Shown here in pieces: positions 53,851 to 64,000 of a DNA stretch of 64,000 bases. Source of the DNA: Pseudovirgaria hyperparasitica (Eukaryota); NCBI GenBank assembly GCA_010093815.1, contig ML996570.1; one strand, 5' to 3'. Within the stretch, counting starts at the first letter, position 1. Every line of letters begins with the position of its first letter. The position numbers and the translations under genes were made by a program. The notes under the pieces are model-generated. The model was not told the origin of the DNA. It did no database searches and was given only the letters and a program-made list of their open reading frames with translations.

Positions 53851-55180
53851 ATGAGTGGTGCTATTGACCCTGAGCGTGAGCATGCGTTGGAAGAATACAA
53901 GAAGAAGCTCCTTGAGTCAAGGGAATGGGAGGCTAAGCTAAAAGCCCTGAGGTTAGAGATAAAAGGGCTGGTACGAGACTTTGATGTGTCGGAAGACAAT
54001 ATCAAAGCTCTGCAGAGTGTCGGTCAGATTATAGGAGAGGTTCTAAAGCAGCTTGATGAGGAACGGTGTACGTGACACCTATCCGTCTCATGTCGATGAC
54101 GAGCTGACGCGCATCATAGTCATCGTGAAAGCATCTTCGGGGCCTCGATACGTGGTGGGATGCCGATCGAAAGTTGACAAAGCAAAACTCAAGCAGGGTA
54201 CACGTGTCGCCCTGGACATGACCACTCTGACCATAATGCGAATGCTGCCACGAGAAGTCGATCCGTTGGTGTATAACATGTCGTTGGAGGACCCAGGGCA
54301 AGTGAACTTTGGAGGCATCGGTGGTCTTAATGAGCAAATTCGTGAGCTTAGAGAGGTCATAGAGCTGCCGCTGAAGAATCCAGAGCTCTTCTTGCGAGTA
54401 GGTATCAAGCCTCCTAAGGGCGTGCTCCTTTACGGACCACCAGGTACTGGGAAGACTCTTCTGGCTAGAGCTGTTGCCAGCAGTCTGGAAACCAACTTCT
54501 TGAAAGGTCAGTCTGAAGCATCTCTATGCTATCAGCACGCTAACACGCAGTAGTTGTGTCATCCGCAATCGTTGACAAATACATTGGAGAGTCAGCACGT
54601 CTCATTCGCGAGATGTTTGGGTACGCAAAGGAACACGAACCCTGCATTATATTCATGGATGAGATTGATGCTATTGGTGGTCGTCGTTTTTCCGAAGGCA
54701 CCTCCGCCGACCGCGAGATTCAGCGAACGCTAATGGAGCTGCTAAATCAGTTGGATGGTTTTGATTATCTGGGAAAGACAAAAATCATCATGGCCACAAA
54801 TAGACCAGATACTCTAGATCCTGCGCTCCTCCGAGCCGGTCGTTTAGATCGAAAGATAGAGATCCCGCTACCCAACGAGGTTGGTCGACTGGAGATCATG
54901 AAGATTCACGCAGCTGGCGTGCAGACCGAGGGCGAGATTGACTTTGAAAGTATTGTCAAGATGAGCGACCAGTTCAATGGCGCAGATTTGAGGAACATTG
55001 TCACAGAAGCGTAAGTCTCAAATTGAAAGATGCGTCAATCTCTTACTAATCACCTCCAGTGGTTTGTTCGCTATCAAGGACTACCGCGACGCCATAAATC
55101 AAGATGACTTCAATAAGGCTGTGCGGAAGATGGCAGAATCGAAGAAGTTGGAGGGTAAGCTAGAATATCAGAAGTTGTGA
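53851..55180 (+). CDS. RPT4: 26S proteasome AAA-ATPase subunit Rpt4 (4 exons)
   Basis: [88 protein letters not shown]. Confidence 0.96.
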
Positions 55181-55299
55181 GCGGGTACTACAGCATATCT
55201 CGAGTGCATATCCTAGCCAGAGCGAGGCTGCGACAGCATAGAGGCGGACTCCGATGTATTATACGCATGATCATAGAGAAAAGCAGACTAGCACTGCAC

Positions 55300-56060
55300 C
55301 TATCTATAGGCTTTTATGCGCGGCTCCTGCCATCCTGAAGAAGAGTCTCGAAGCCTTTTCTGCAACTGCTGTATCGATTGATTGCCCACATCCCACGTTA
55401 ATTCCAGCTCCCCGAAATAATTCGGTGTTTCGTTCATCATCATGAAGCCCACGCTTTGGAAAAGTCGTATACTTCGTACATTACCCTTACCAACCTTGAC
55501 CCGGAGAAGACGTAGGCGGGCACGCCACTGCTCTCCTTGCTTAACACTTAGGTGAATAAGTATATACCAAAGAAAAGTGAGTAGGACCGCTCGACCATAG
55601 CCCTTGCCTTGGATATCTTTTCTAGCAATCATGATCTCAATCTCCCCAACCAGCCCAGCATCTGGGCTGCTTTGATCTCCTTCGTCGTCGCCTAGATCAG
55701 CTTCCGCAACAAAGAGATTTACGTCGCCGATCATCTGGTCCGGTCCATCGAACACTGTCGGTCTAATAGCGTCGCCCTGAATGACGTCTTCTGCGGGGGC
55801 CGTACATGCAATAAAGGTCAACTTATCCCCATCCACCCGCCAGCTCTGCTGCATATCAAATTCCTGCTCCAGGGTCAGGGGCTCGGACGCTGTTGCTTCT
55901 TGAAGTTCTGCGTCTTGCATCCATGTGTGATAGGTTGGCACATGACTTCGCGAATAGGGGACGAGGAGCACTTTAGGGGTGACAATGGCTGGGGTATAAT
56001 CAGTACTGGCTTTGAGTATCTTCATGCCGGCCACTTGCCAGTATGCTCGTTGACCTTCAT
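55300..56060 (-). CDS. GNAT N-acetyltransferase, NAT9-like
   Basis: Exon1 MKVNEHT, GC-AG intron 55989-56038, then AIVTPKVLLVPY...YHTWMQD...TASEPLTLEQE...W..DGDKLTFI...MIGDVNLF...GEIEIMIA..QGKGYG...NYFGE. Confidence 0.88.
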
Positions 56061-56281
56061 GATGGGTAGATATTGTTGAAATATAGTGTTTGTGGTCGAG
56101 AGACCTTCGCTTGCCTAGTTGGTCGGCTCGAAGACGATCCGGTAACGAGTGCGTTGTACCGATGACGGACATGCGACGTTATGCTGGGAAAGTCAATAGT
56201 TGTAAACTTTGTGGCATCAAAAACACACTTGCACCCTTGAGGTAAAAGACCAAATACCGAGACTTAGCAAAATCTATACGA

Positions 56282-57482
56282 ATGGTCGGCGCTAAGCGAG
56301 TTCTGGTCACTGGCGGAAGCGGATTCATAGGCAGTGCCATCATCAAGGCATTCCAGGATCAACGACCAGCATACGACCTCGTTGTCCTCGACGTACAGCC
56401 TCTCAAGGCCAAAATACTTCAAAAGTCCACAGTTCGTTATTTTCACGCAGACATCACAAACGAACATGAGGTCTCCAAGGCGATCGGCGCTGCAAGACCA
56501 GATGTTATAGTCCATGTCGCCGGATATGTCCCCAGCGGCAACAGCAGATATAACCAAGCCGAGCGAGACTACACTTTCAAAGTCAACGTCCACGGTACCG
56601 AGAATGTTCTCGCGGCAGCGCGACAATTCGGCGTGCAATCCCTCGTGTATACCAGCAGCTGCACCGCCATCACCGACCACTCCGCGCACGACTACCCAAA
56701 CATGACCGAAGCCCTCCCAGTAGGCTCGGCCACACTGATCTACGGCGAGTCCAAGGTCTGCAGAGAACCCACAATCTTCGATCTTGACACTAGCCCTGCT
56801 GACCCCCATCCAGGGCATATCCGAGCGCCTCGTCCTCGCAGCAAACAGCACGCACCTCAAGACATGCGCCCTACGACCCTCGACCGTGTTCGGCGCCGGC
56901 GATACCCAGCTCATCCCAACCATCCACCAGTGTATCGCCAAGGGCGAAACCCCTTTCATCGTAGGCACCGGGTTGAACCTCTACGACTTCAGCTTCGTGT
57001 CCAACATCGCAGACGCCCACGTCCTGGCTGTCGGAAACCTGCTCGACGGGCCCGGCACCGCCGCCGGCGAGGCCTTCTTCGTCTCAAACGGCCAGCCGGT
57101 CCCGTTCCGCGCGTTCTGTCTCGCTGTGTGGGCGCAGTTTGGGCACTATCCCCCCTTTGAGGTCAGGTTGCCTTGGGGACTGGCGTATTTTGCGGGTTTT
57201 GTGGCGGAGATTGGGACGTTTGTGACGGGGAGACCGGCGACGTTGAGTCGTGGTAGTGTGAAGGATGCGTGTCAGACGGCATATGCGAGTATCGAGAAGG
57301 CTAGGACGGTTCTTGGGTATGAGCCCAGGGTGTCGATTGTTCATGGGTTAAGGGAGGCTTGCATGGTAAGGTTCGAGGGTACTGTTGAATTCGTTCGGCT
57401 ACTGATTCTATTACTTCAGGACTACAAGCAGCGGCTCGAAATCTGCAACAAGAAGGCTTGTTTGCGAACAGTGCATCAATGA
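56282..57482 (+). CDS. 3-beta-hydroxysteroid dehydrogenase / C-3 sterol dehydrogenase-like (Erg26/NSDHL family), 3 exons
   Basis: VLVTGGSGFIG, VNVHGTENVL, LVYTSS, catalytic YGESK, ALRPSTVFGAGD, NIADAHVLA, GEAFFVSN, KARTVLGYEP. Orthology to ERG26 versus a paralog is not resolved. Confidence 0.85.
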
Positions 57483-57778
57483 AAGTATACGTCCTACCAC
57501 GTCGATACCCAGCTAGACCATGTACTTCAGTTCAATTCCAGTCCTATTATGCATCAGTATATTGTACCTGATGAATTAAGGGAGAGACGGTGCACTGCAG
57601 CCAGGAGTGCAACCATATGCTAGCCTAGAGGACTTTAGCCTATTTATACAGGACCGAATTGGATATGCTTTATGTACAAATATGGTTGTGCGCCATTATG
57701 CCAAACACCCGATTATGCTATTGTTGACAACCGTCAAAAGCTCCACATTGGTACTGTGTGGGTGGAGTTGATGCCTTG

Positions 57779-60723
57779 CTATAGGTACTTGTTTTCTGCC
57801 AACCACGTTTTGACATCTTTGCCATCGCGTTCGACCCATTGTGCTTTAGCCTTCACGGCATCAAGACTTTGGGCAAGCGACTGGTCGAAGCCCTTGGTGC
57901 TCTTCTTAGCGAAGAAGCCCTCGATGTCTTGCATTTGTTCCTTGCTTGTGAAGCTGGAGGTACATATCGAGACAACGGATCCTAGCATTGTCAGGCCTGG
58001 TGGCAGTTTCTTCTCAAGCTCGTCCCAATTCTCCTTTACCCAAGACCACAGCGCAACGATACCTTCCTTGTGAGTGCGTAAGCCCCCCAATGGTAGGTAT
58101 ATATCTTGCGACTTGACCTCATCGCTGAGTGGAAAGGTAAGAGTTCGCTTGATCAGTTCGGGAGATTTTGCGCGGCCCAGGACACGCATCGCAGTGTTAC
58201 GCTCATCAGATGTTCCTGCTGTGCGGTACTCGTTCAAAATGAGATCATACTGCCATGGAAGTTAGCCAAGCGTGTAATCAAGGATCAGGCATGTAGGAAA
58301 CTCACATATTTTTGATCCGCGAAGCTCAGGCCGATGGCATAGACACTGCTTCGAATGTTTGGATGGATAGCTGTCCGATCGCCGGCCTTGAATTTTTCGA
58401 GCATATCAAATGCTGCAGCTTTGATCTTCTCGTCTCCAGCCAAGCCCGCACTTCCAAATAACATCGATTTGAACTGTTGTTCAAGGTGGCCATCTGTATC
58501 TTTAAAGGACCATCCAAGTTCATGAGCCTTGTCTTTGATTAGATCAAGTTGAAAGGACTTTAGTGCGTCTTTAGTAGTTTCGTCTTCGAACACCCAAGCG
58601 CCTCTAACTGAGCCAATACGACTGATAATTTCGTCCCATACCACGAATTCAGGCTCAGACTTGAAACCCTGTAGGAGTGAGAGAATTCCGGAGGTCTTCT
58701 GATAGCCTGAAGCGGCCAATGCTCCGGCGTCTGCAATCATGCCTGCCCTATCTTCAACAGATAAAAGCCCGTTCTTGGCGGCCTGCCCAAGTTTTTGTAG
58801 ACGCTCAGGTGTGTACGAAGTCCGGTACACACCTGAGTGGTCCGCATTGAGCTTGAAGAAGTCAAGATCTTTGACCTTGAAATTAGCCTCCCTCTCAGTT
58901 AGTGTCAAGTCTTCGTTAATCCCATCTTTGGTCCGAAGAGCTAGTAGGACCGGGTACAAGGTCTTGTCTTCTTCTGGCTTCACGTCAGACGTTCTCAAAA
59001 AGCGATTTTGCTTCACGTGGATAGAGTCCTTGTTCTCGGTGACCGTAACAACGGGGAACCCGACGTTCTTTGTCCATATGTCCATGACTTTCTCAACATC
59101 TTTTCCACTGGCATCGCTCAGGGCCGCCCAGAGATCTTCAGTCTGGGTATTGCCATATGCATGTTTCTTGAGGTAACGTCGAACTCCCTCCATGAAAGTC
59201 TCTTCTCCGATGTACTTCGAGATCATGCGAAGTACGCATGATCCTTTAGAATATGATATAGCGTCGAAAATCTGGTTGATCTCATCTGCACGTTTGACAG
59301 GAACCTCTATGGGATGGCTGCTTCGTAGCGAATCCAATGACAGAGCGCTTTGCAGGTTGTCGGTTACATACCCTTGCCATACCTTCCATTCCGGATAGAA
59401 GGCGTTGCATGAGTACCAAGACATCCAGGTTGCGAAACCTTCATTCAGCCAAAGACCATCCCAAAAGTCCATTGTTACTAGATTACCAAACCATTGGTGG
59501 GCAAGTTCGTGTTGGACCACCTCTGCCACTCGTTGCTTGGTTGATGCACCACTGACTTTCTCATCTAGGAGCAAGTCGACTACACGGTACGTTATCAGTC
59601 CCCAGTTCTCCATGGCGCCGGCACTGAAATCAGGGATAGCCACCATATCCATTTTTGGCAATGGAAATTCACTGTTGAACTTTTTCTCGTAAAATTCCAA
59701 AGTCTTCGCAGCAAGCTCCAGGGAGAAACGACCGTGCTCAATGTCTCGGTCAGGTGTCGCGAAGACTCGAACAGGTACGCGAAAAGCATTCGTCTCGATG
59801 ACCTTCAGCTCTCCAACAATGAAGGCCAGGAGATAAGTAGACATCAAAGGTGTCTTATTGAATGTCACTGCCTTCTTCCCACCAGATACCTCTTTCTCGG
59901 ATGCAACATCCATGTTGCTCAGGCAGGTTAACGCTTTGTCCGCAACTAGAGTTATGGTGAATTCTGACTTGAGAGCAGGTTCGTCAAAGCAGGGAAATGC
60001 CCGCCGGGCATCTGTAGGCTCCATTTGTGTGGTGGCAAGGTATTTGGTCGACCCATCTGAGCCTTTGTACGAGGACCGGTAGAAACCCGCCATGTTGTCG
60101 TTCAGTGTTCCTGTGAACGTCTGCTCAAGCCTTGCCTCGCTCCCCGCTGGAAGTACCTCGTTGAAGGACACTTTGGTAGTTTGTGTATCTTCATTATAGT
60201 GTATCTCTGGGGAGGAAGTGATCTCGGTAGAGCCAGAGAAGACTTTGGTGGAATGGATATCAAGCTCCAGGGTATTGAGAGAGATAGAGGTAGTATCGTC
60301 TATAACATCGAGACTATCATGGGGTTCAGCATTCTGTCAACGATATATGCATCTCGAGATGCTGTTGGCGGACGATACATACTCGATGATAACCTTGCCT
60401 CCATATTTGAAAGTTTCGAAGTTGGGCTCAAGAGTCAGGTCGTAGTGTACAGCTTTCACATTCTTCGGCAGAACCTCACGGCCTTTGGTGAAGTCTACGG
60501 ACGAGCCTGGAGCTTCGGCAAAGTGTTTACACATACTGCGCTGGTACGAACAATGTCTGATGGATGGTGATGTTATGATAGTTTTCGCTAGACGAGACGA
60601 GCGTGGAGTGGGAGGAGTACGGGTTGTGCGAGAGAGTTGGTGGGAAATGCACCTAGAGCTGGCCGAAGGTAGAGCGGTGAACTGAGCCCGGGGAGAGCGT
60701 CTGATGGCGGTGCGAAGAAGCAT
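57779..60723 (-). CDS. APE2: M1-family zinc aminopeptidase (Ape2-like), 3 exons
   Basis: ATTQMEPTDARRAFPCFDEP, GAMENWGL, HELAHQW...LWLNEGFA (HExxH-x18-E), ISYSKG, and ERAP1-like C-terminal domain. Confidence 0.94.
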
Positions 60724-61317
60724 CCTCTTGTACGAAGCTCTCTTGAGAGCTCGCCCTTGCCCCTCAAGTACGCAGGAGTGTTGAAAACACGTGCTTGTTG
60801 GCTTGGTCCGAGCGCGCCGCGCGCATTAAAATTCGGATCACAAGCGGCACTCTTCTTCTTACCCATAATCATCGCAAATGGGATTGAATAGCTACACGTC
60901 TTCCGCTTTGCTCCTCGAAGACATTGTCACTCTATCTTTTGCCAGAGCAAATACCGTTCGTTTGAGGCGCCCTTCCTTCCTTTCCGTGGTGGGCACGCCA
61001 TAGTTTATGGTTACAATTTTCACTCTTCCTATACGCATGCTCAACCATGAGAGACGAGCGTTGGAACTATGCATGAAGCACACTGGAACGAGTGATCTTA
61101 GTTGGCGGCTGTTACACCAATAAAATTGATGGACAGTCGATCAACGATCCTCCTGTGAATTCTCCTTATCACTTATCGCCATCCTGGCAGGGTTTATACC
61201 TGTGTGGAGATGTGGGGATCACCTTTGGCCGACGCGCGGCTGTATCATATATCAGTATATTTTCGCTCAGTCAGAATGCTCTACTCTCAAGTCTCATCGA
61301 TCCAAGCATTGACATAT

Positions 61318-62844
61318 ATGATGTACCTCCTACTCCTTTTGCCAGCTCTGTTGATTGGCGCGCTTTCAGCAGAAGATGTAAAACCGCAGCAGAATGCGAA
61401 CCATATCTTTAATGCAATCCATTCCTCCATGAGACAGTTTGGTTCTTCCTTGAATCACAATGGGATGTCTTTCTTTTTGGCGACCGTTCCTCGCGAGACC
61501 CGGTTGTATCATGGTACCAACACAGCTTCTCCTGTCCAGGGCATGGAATGGCTCGCTTTTGAAGCCGAACATGCGCTCATGTTTGCCCGTCCTCGATTTG
61601 GTCGACCTCCATCAAGGGGCGGCCACGGAGATCCACATCGAGGGCCTCCTACTTTGTCACCACAAGTTGTGCAGTCGGGGAGCAAGCAGCATGTCCTAGA
61701 CGAAGAGTCTTCACACGATCGATCCGACAAGCCTATAAAGCACAATAATCATGGCCATCTACATACCTATCGAACGAAGAGGGACTTACATCTGCTATAT
61801 ATAGATGGCATGTCGGCCGCTAAGACTAGCAATGGTACACTGGACTCAACTGACCACGTTCTGTTGGATTCCTCATTGGTTTGTTCTGGTATATGCGAAC
61901 ATGAGCGAGCTACTATGCTTTGCAAGTTGGCAGAAACGGAATGGGGTAATCGTGTGGACGGGATCCTTCGCATGGAAGCTGGGTTCGAGATAATTATGTG
62001 TTCTTTCGAGAAGAACCTCGATATTGTTGCGGTGGCCCGTATTGATAGCCCAAAGCCAAGAAGCGGTGATCACAGGGGGTTTGGGACCTTTCAGCTGTAC
62101 AAAGCTATCAGCGATCGCTTCCACGGTATCGGCGGCACACGTGTGAAGCTTGACTACGAGAACTTTGTGACGGCTTACGACTACCCCATAGACTTGTTCC
62201 GGAACCAAGACAGTAACATTACGATGCCTCGTTTAAGAAACGTATCCCAACCAATTGTAGATCGAATGAGAAAGGACATCAGGGATATGATCATGATGTC
62301 TGATCTGGACAGCTCGATGGTGTCGCATAATTGGCAGGCTACTACCGATATGATCGTTCAGAGATATTCATCTCCTTTGCGATACTTAATTTCGGACAAA
62401 GTCGCAGCATCGAACGAGCTTTTACGGCATACATTAACTCAGTACTTACGATCTTTCATTGACGATGCCAACAGGGACAGGAAAGGAGAGGTCACGCGAT
62501 GTGCAGCACATATGTTCCCAACAGAAACGTTGCGGGACAAGCGTCTAGCCTCTCGCTCTGTGTACGACGTGAGCAAGACCATCTGCAGTACTCTATTTGA
62601 AGCCAGTGCACTCGCTGCGTCTAGATCAGACGCCGGACAAAGCAAGGCTGTTGACATAATTCGCACGCTTGTTGAATATCTACAATGGACGAGCTGGAAA
62701 GAATGCACGACATGTGATGATGAGCACCTGTGCTTCATACCCATCTGGCCAATGGGCAGTATACAAGATCACCGGAATCCTAGTTGTCTCAATGAGACTA
62801 TGCTTGCAACACGACACGGATACTGGGGTAGATGGCAAGGTTAA
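61318..62844 (+). CDS. Secreted fungal hypothetical protein (about 508 aa)
   Basis: Intronless ORF with signal peptide MMYLLLLLPALLIGALSA, several N-x-S/T sequons, and Cys-rich C-terminus WKECTTCDDEHLCFIPIWPMG. Confidence 0.8.
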   Translation: MMYLLLLLPALLIGALSAEDVKPQQNANHIFNAIHSSMRQFGSSLNHNGMSFFLATVPRETRLYHGTNTASPVQGMEWLAFEAEHALMFARPRFGRPPSRGGHGDPHRGPPTLSPQVVQSGSKQHVLDEESSHDRSDKPIKHNNHGHLHTYRTKRDLHLLYIDGMSAAKTSNGTLDSTDHVLLDSSLVCSGICEHERATMLCKLAETEWGNRVDGILRMEAGFEIIMCSFEKNLDIVAVARIDSPKPRSGDHRGFGTFQLYKAISDRFHGIGGTRVKLDYENFVTAYDYPIDLFRNQDSNITMPRLRNVSQPIVDRMRKDIRDMIMMSDLDSSMVSHNWQATTDMIVQRYSSPLRYLISDKVAASNELLRHTLTQYLRSFIDDANRDRKGEVTRCAAHMFPTETLRDKRLASRSVYDVSKTICSTLFEASALAASRSDAGQSKAVDIIRTLVEYLQWTSWKECTTCDDEHLCFIPIWPMGSIQDHRNPSCLNETMLATRHGYWGRWQG

Positions 62845-63260
62845 GGTGTGTGGCCGATCATTGAGTTTTGCTCTCATAGAATATGGAGAGAAAACTCACC
62901 CATAATCGATCACTGAATTTCAGTCTTCGCTCGAATGACGATTCTTGTTATCATGGCGCCTCGCTATGAAGCGGGACTCCTTCAGAAAGCTTTTCTCGGC
63001 GGTATATTTTGCGTTTGTTTGTGAAGAAGAGAACGGTGCCGTGGCCGACGCGCGAAAATATTTGTACTGGAAAGATCTTAGTGGATTACATAATCACTTT
63101 CGTACTCATTGGTGCCTTGTTCATGCCTTGATGCTCAAGACCCCACTGTTAGCGTTGAGCCCCTCCGCGCAATAATAGTCCTGGTCAGAATTTAAAAAAA
63201 TGATAACAGCTCACAATCATTGATATTGATGTGCATGATTACAACTCATTGACCAGCATC

Positions 63261-64000
63261 ATGGCTTCAAGAAGCGCGGATAAGATTGGTAAGCCCGTGT
63301 AGTCTATTGCTATAGTATAAATAAACTTACGAAGTGCCCTACGCAGCAATCATCTCGGTCTATGACAAGACTGGTCTTCTGGGTCAGTCAGCGAAGCATT
63401 CGGGCCCTACCGATCCAGAAGGTTGACCATTTCCTCACTAGATCTCGCAAAGGGCCTTCAAAAGAATGGAGTGCGTATGCTAGCTTCAGGTGGCACTGCG
63501 CGCATGATACGAGAGGCGAACTTTCCTGTAGAAGATGTCTCTGCCATCACGAAAGCGCCCGAGATGTTGGCCGGGCGAGTCAAAACTCTACATCCAGCGG
63601 TACATCTACTCCAGAGTACTGGACTCAACAACTAGTACACTGCTTACAATGACAGGTTCATGGTGGTATTCTCGCCACAGATTCGGAGAAAGACAAGGAG
63701 GACCTCGCACAACAGAACATCCAGAAGGTCGACTACGTTATCTGCAATCTATACCCATTCAAAGATACGGTTGCAAAGATCGGTGTCACAGTGAAAGAGG
63801 CTGTTGAAGAGATTGATATTGGGGGTGTCACTCTTCTTCGTGCCGCTGCAAAGAACCATGCGAGAGTCACCATCCTGACAGATCCCAACGTGAGTTATGT
63901 GCTAATAATAAACCACGTTACATACTAATCTAGGACTAGGACTACCATGGTTTCCTGCAAGAGCTAGAGAAGGGAGATATCACCGAGCACAATCGACAAC
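63261..64000 (+). CDS. ADE17: Bifunctional AICAR transformylase / IMP cyclohydrolase (3'-truncated)
   Basis: [27 protein letters not shown]...LASGGTA...[22 protein letters not shown]...VICNLYPF...[16 protein letters not shown]. Four introns lie within the window. Confidence 0.95.

Noticed and set aside
56061..56172. ORF-track N-terminal extension of the NAT9-like ORF (start 56172), and similar extensions for NmrA (11771) and the secreted protein (61204)
   Set aside because: Family-typical N-termini or the signal peptide begin at downstream ATGs (56060 with splicing, 11582, 61318).

Overview
Gene-dense genomic DNA of a filamentous ascomycete (Pezizomycotina, probably Eurotiomycetes; inferred from protein sequences and short GT-AG introns with CTRAY branch points). 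I support about 26 protein-coding genes. Recognisable housekeeping genes are IDH1, BUD23, SVP26, ATG5, CDC6, a YOR1-type ABCC transporter, ornithine aminotransferase, GFA1, RIB4, SET1, enolase, RPT4, APE2 and ADE17. The rest are a Mug190-like SMP/C2 protein, a Zn2Cys6 factor, an NmrA-like protein, a CYP7-like P450, NAT9-like and ERG26-like enzymes, and several orphans. There is one intron-containing tRNA-Gly(GCC) and several microsatellites. I saw no transposon, CRISPR array or secondary-metabolite backbone gene. Most interesting leads: (1) about seven sharp 1-2 kb domains that switch from C/A-rich to G/T-rich inside genes and distort the encoded proteins; (2) a secreted hypothetical protein with the motif order of an ADP-ribosyltransferase fold; (3) a degenerate peroxiredoxin-like orphan head-to-head with ATG5; (4) two GC-AG introns; (5) candidate structured RNAs between RIB4 and SET1; (6) a 6-exon, 1036-aa orphan and a dual-frame orphan. 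All family calls are by eye; no database search was run.
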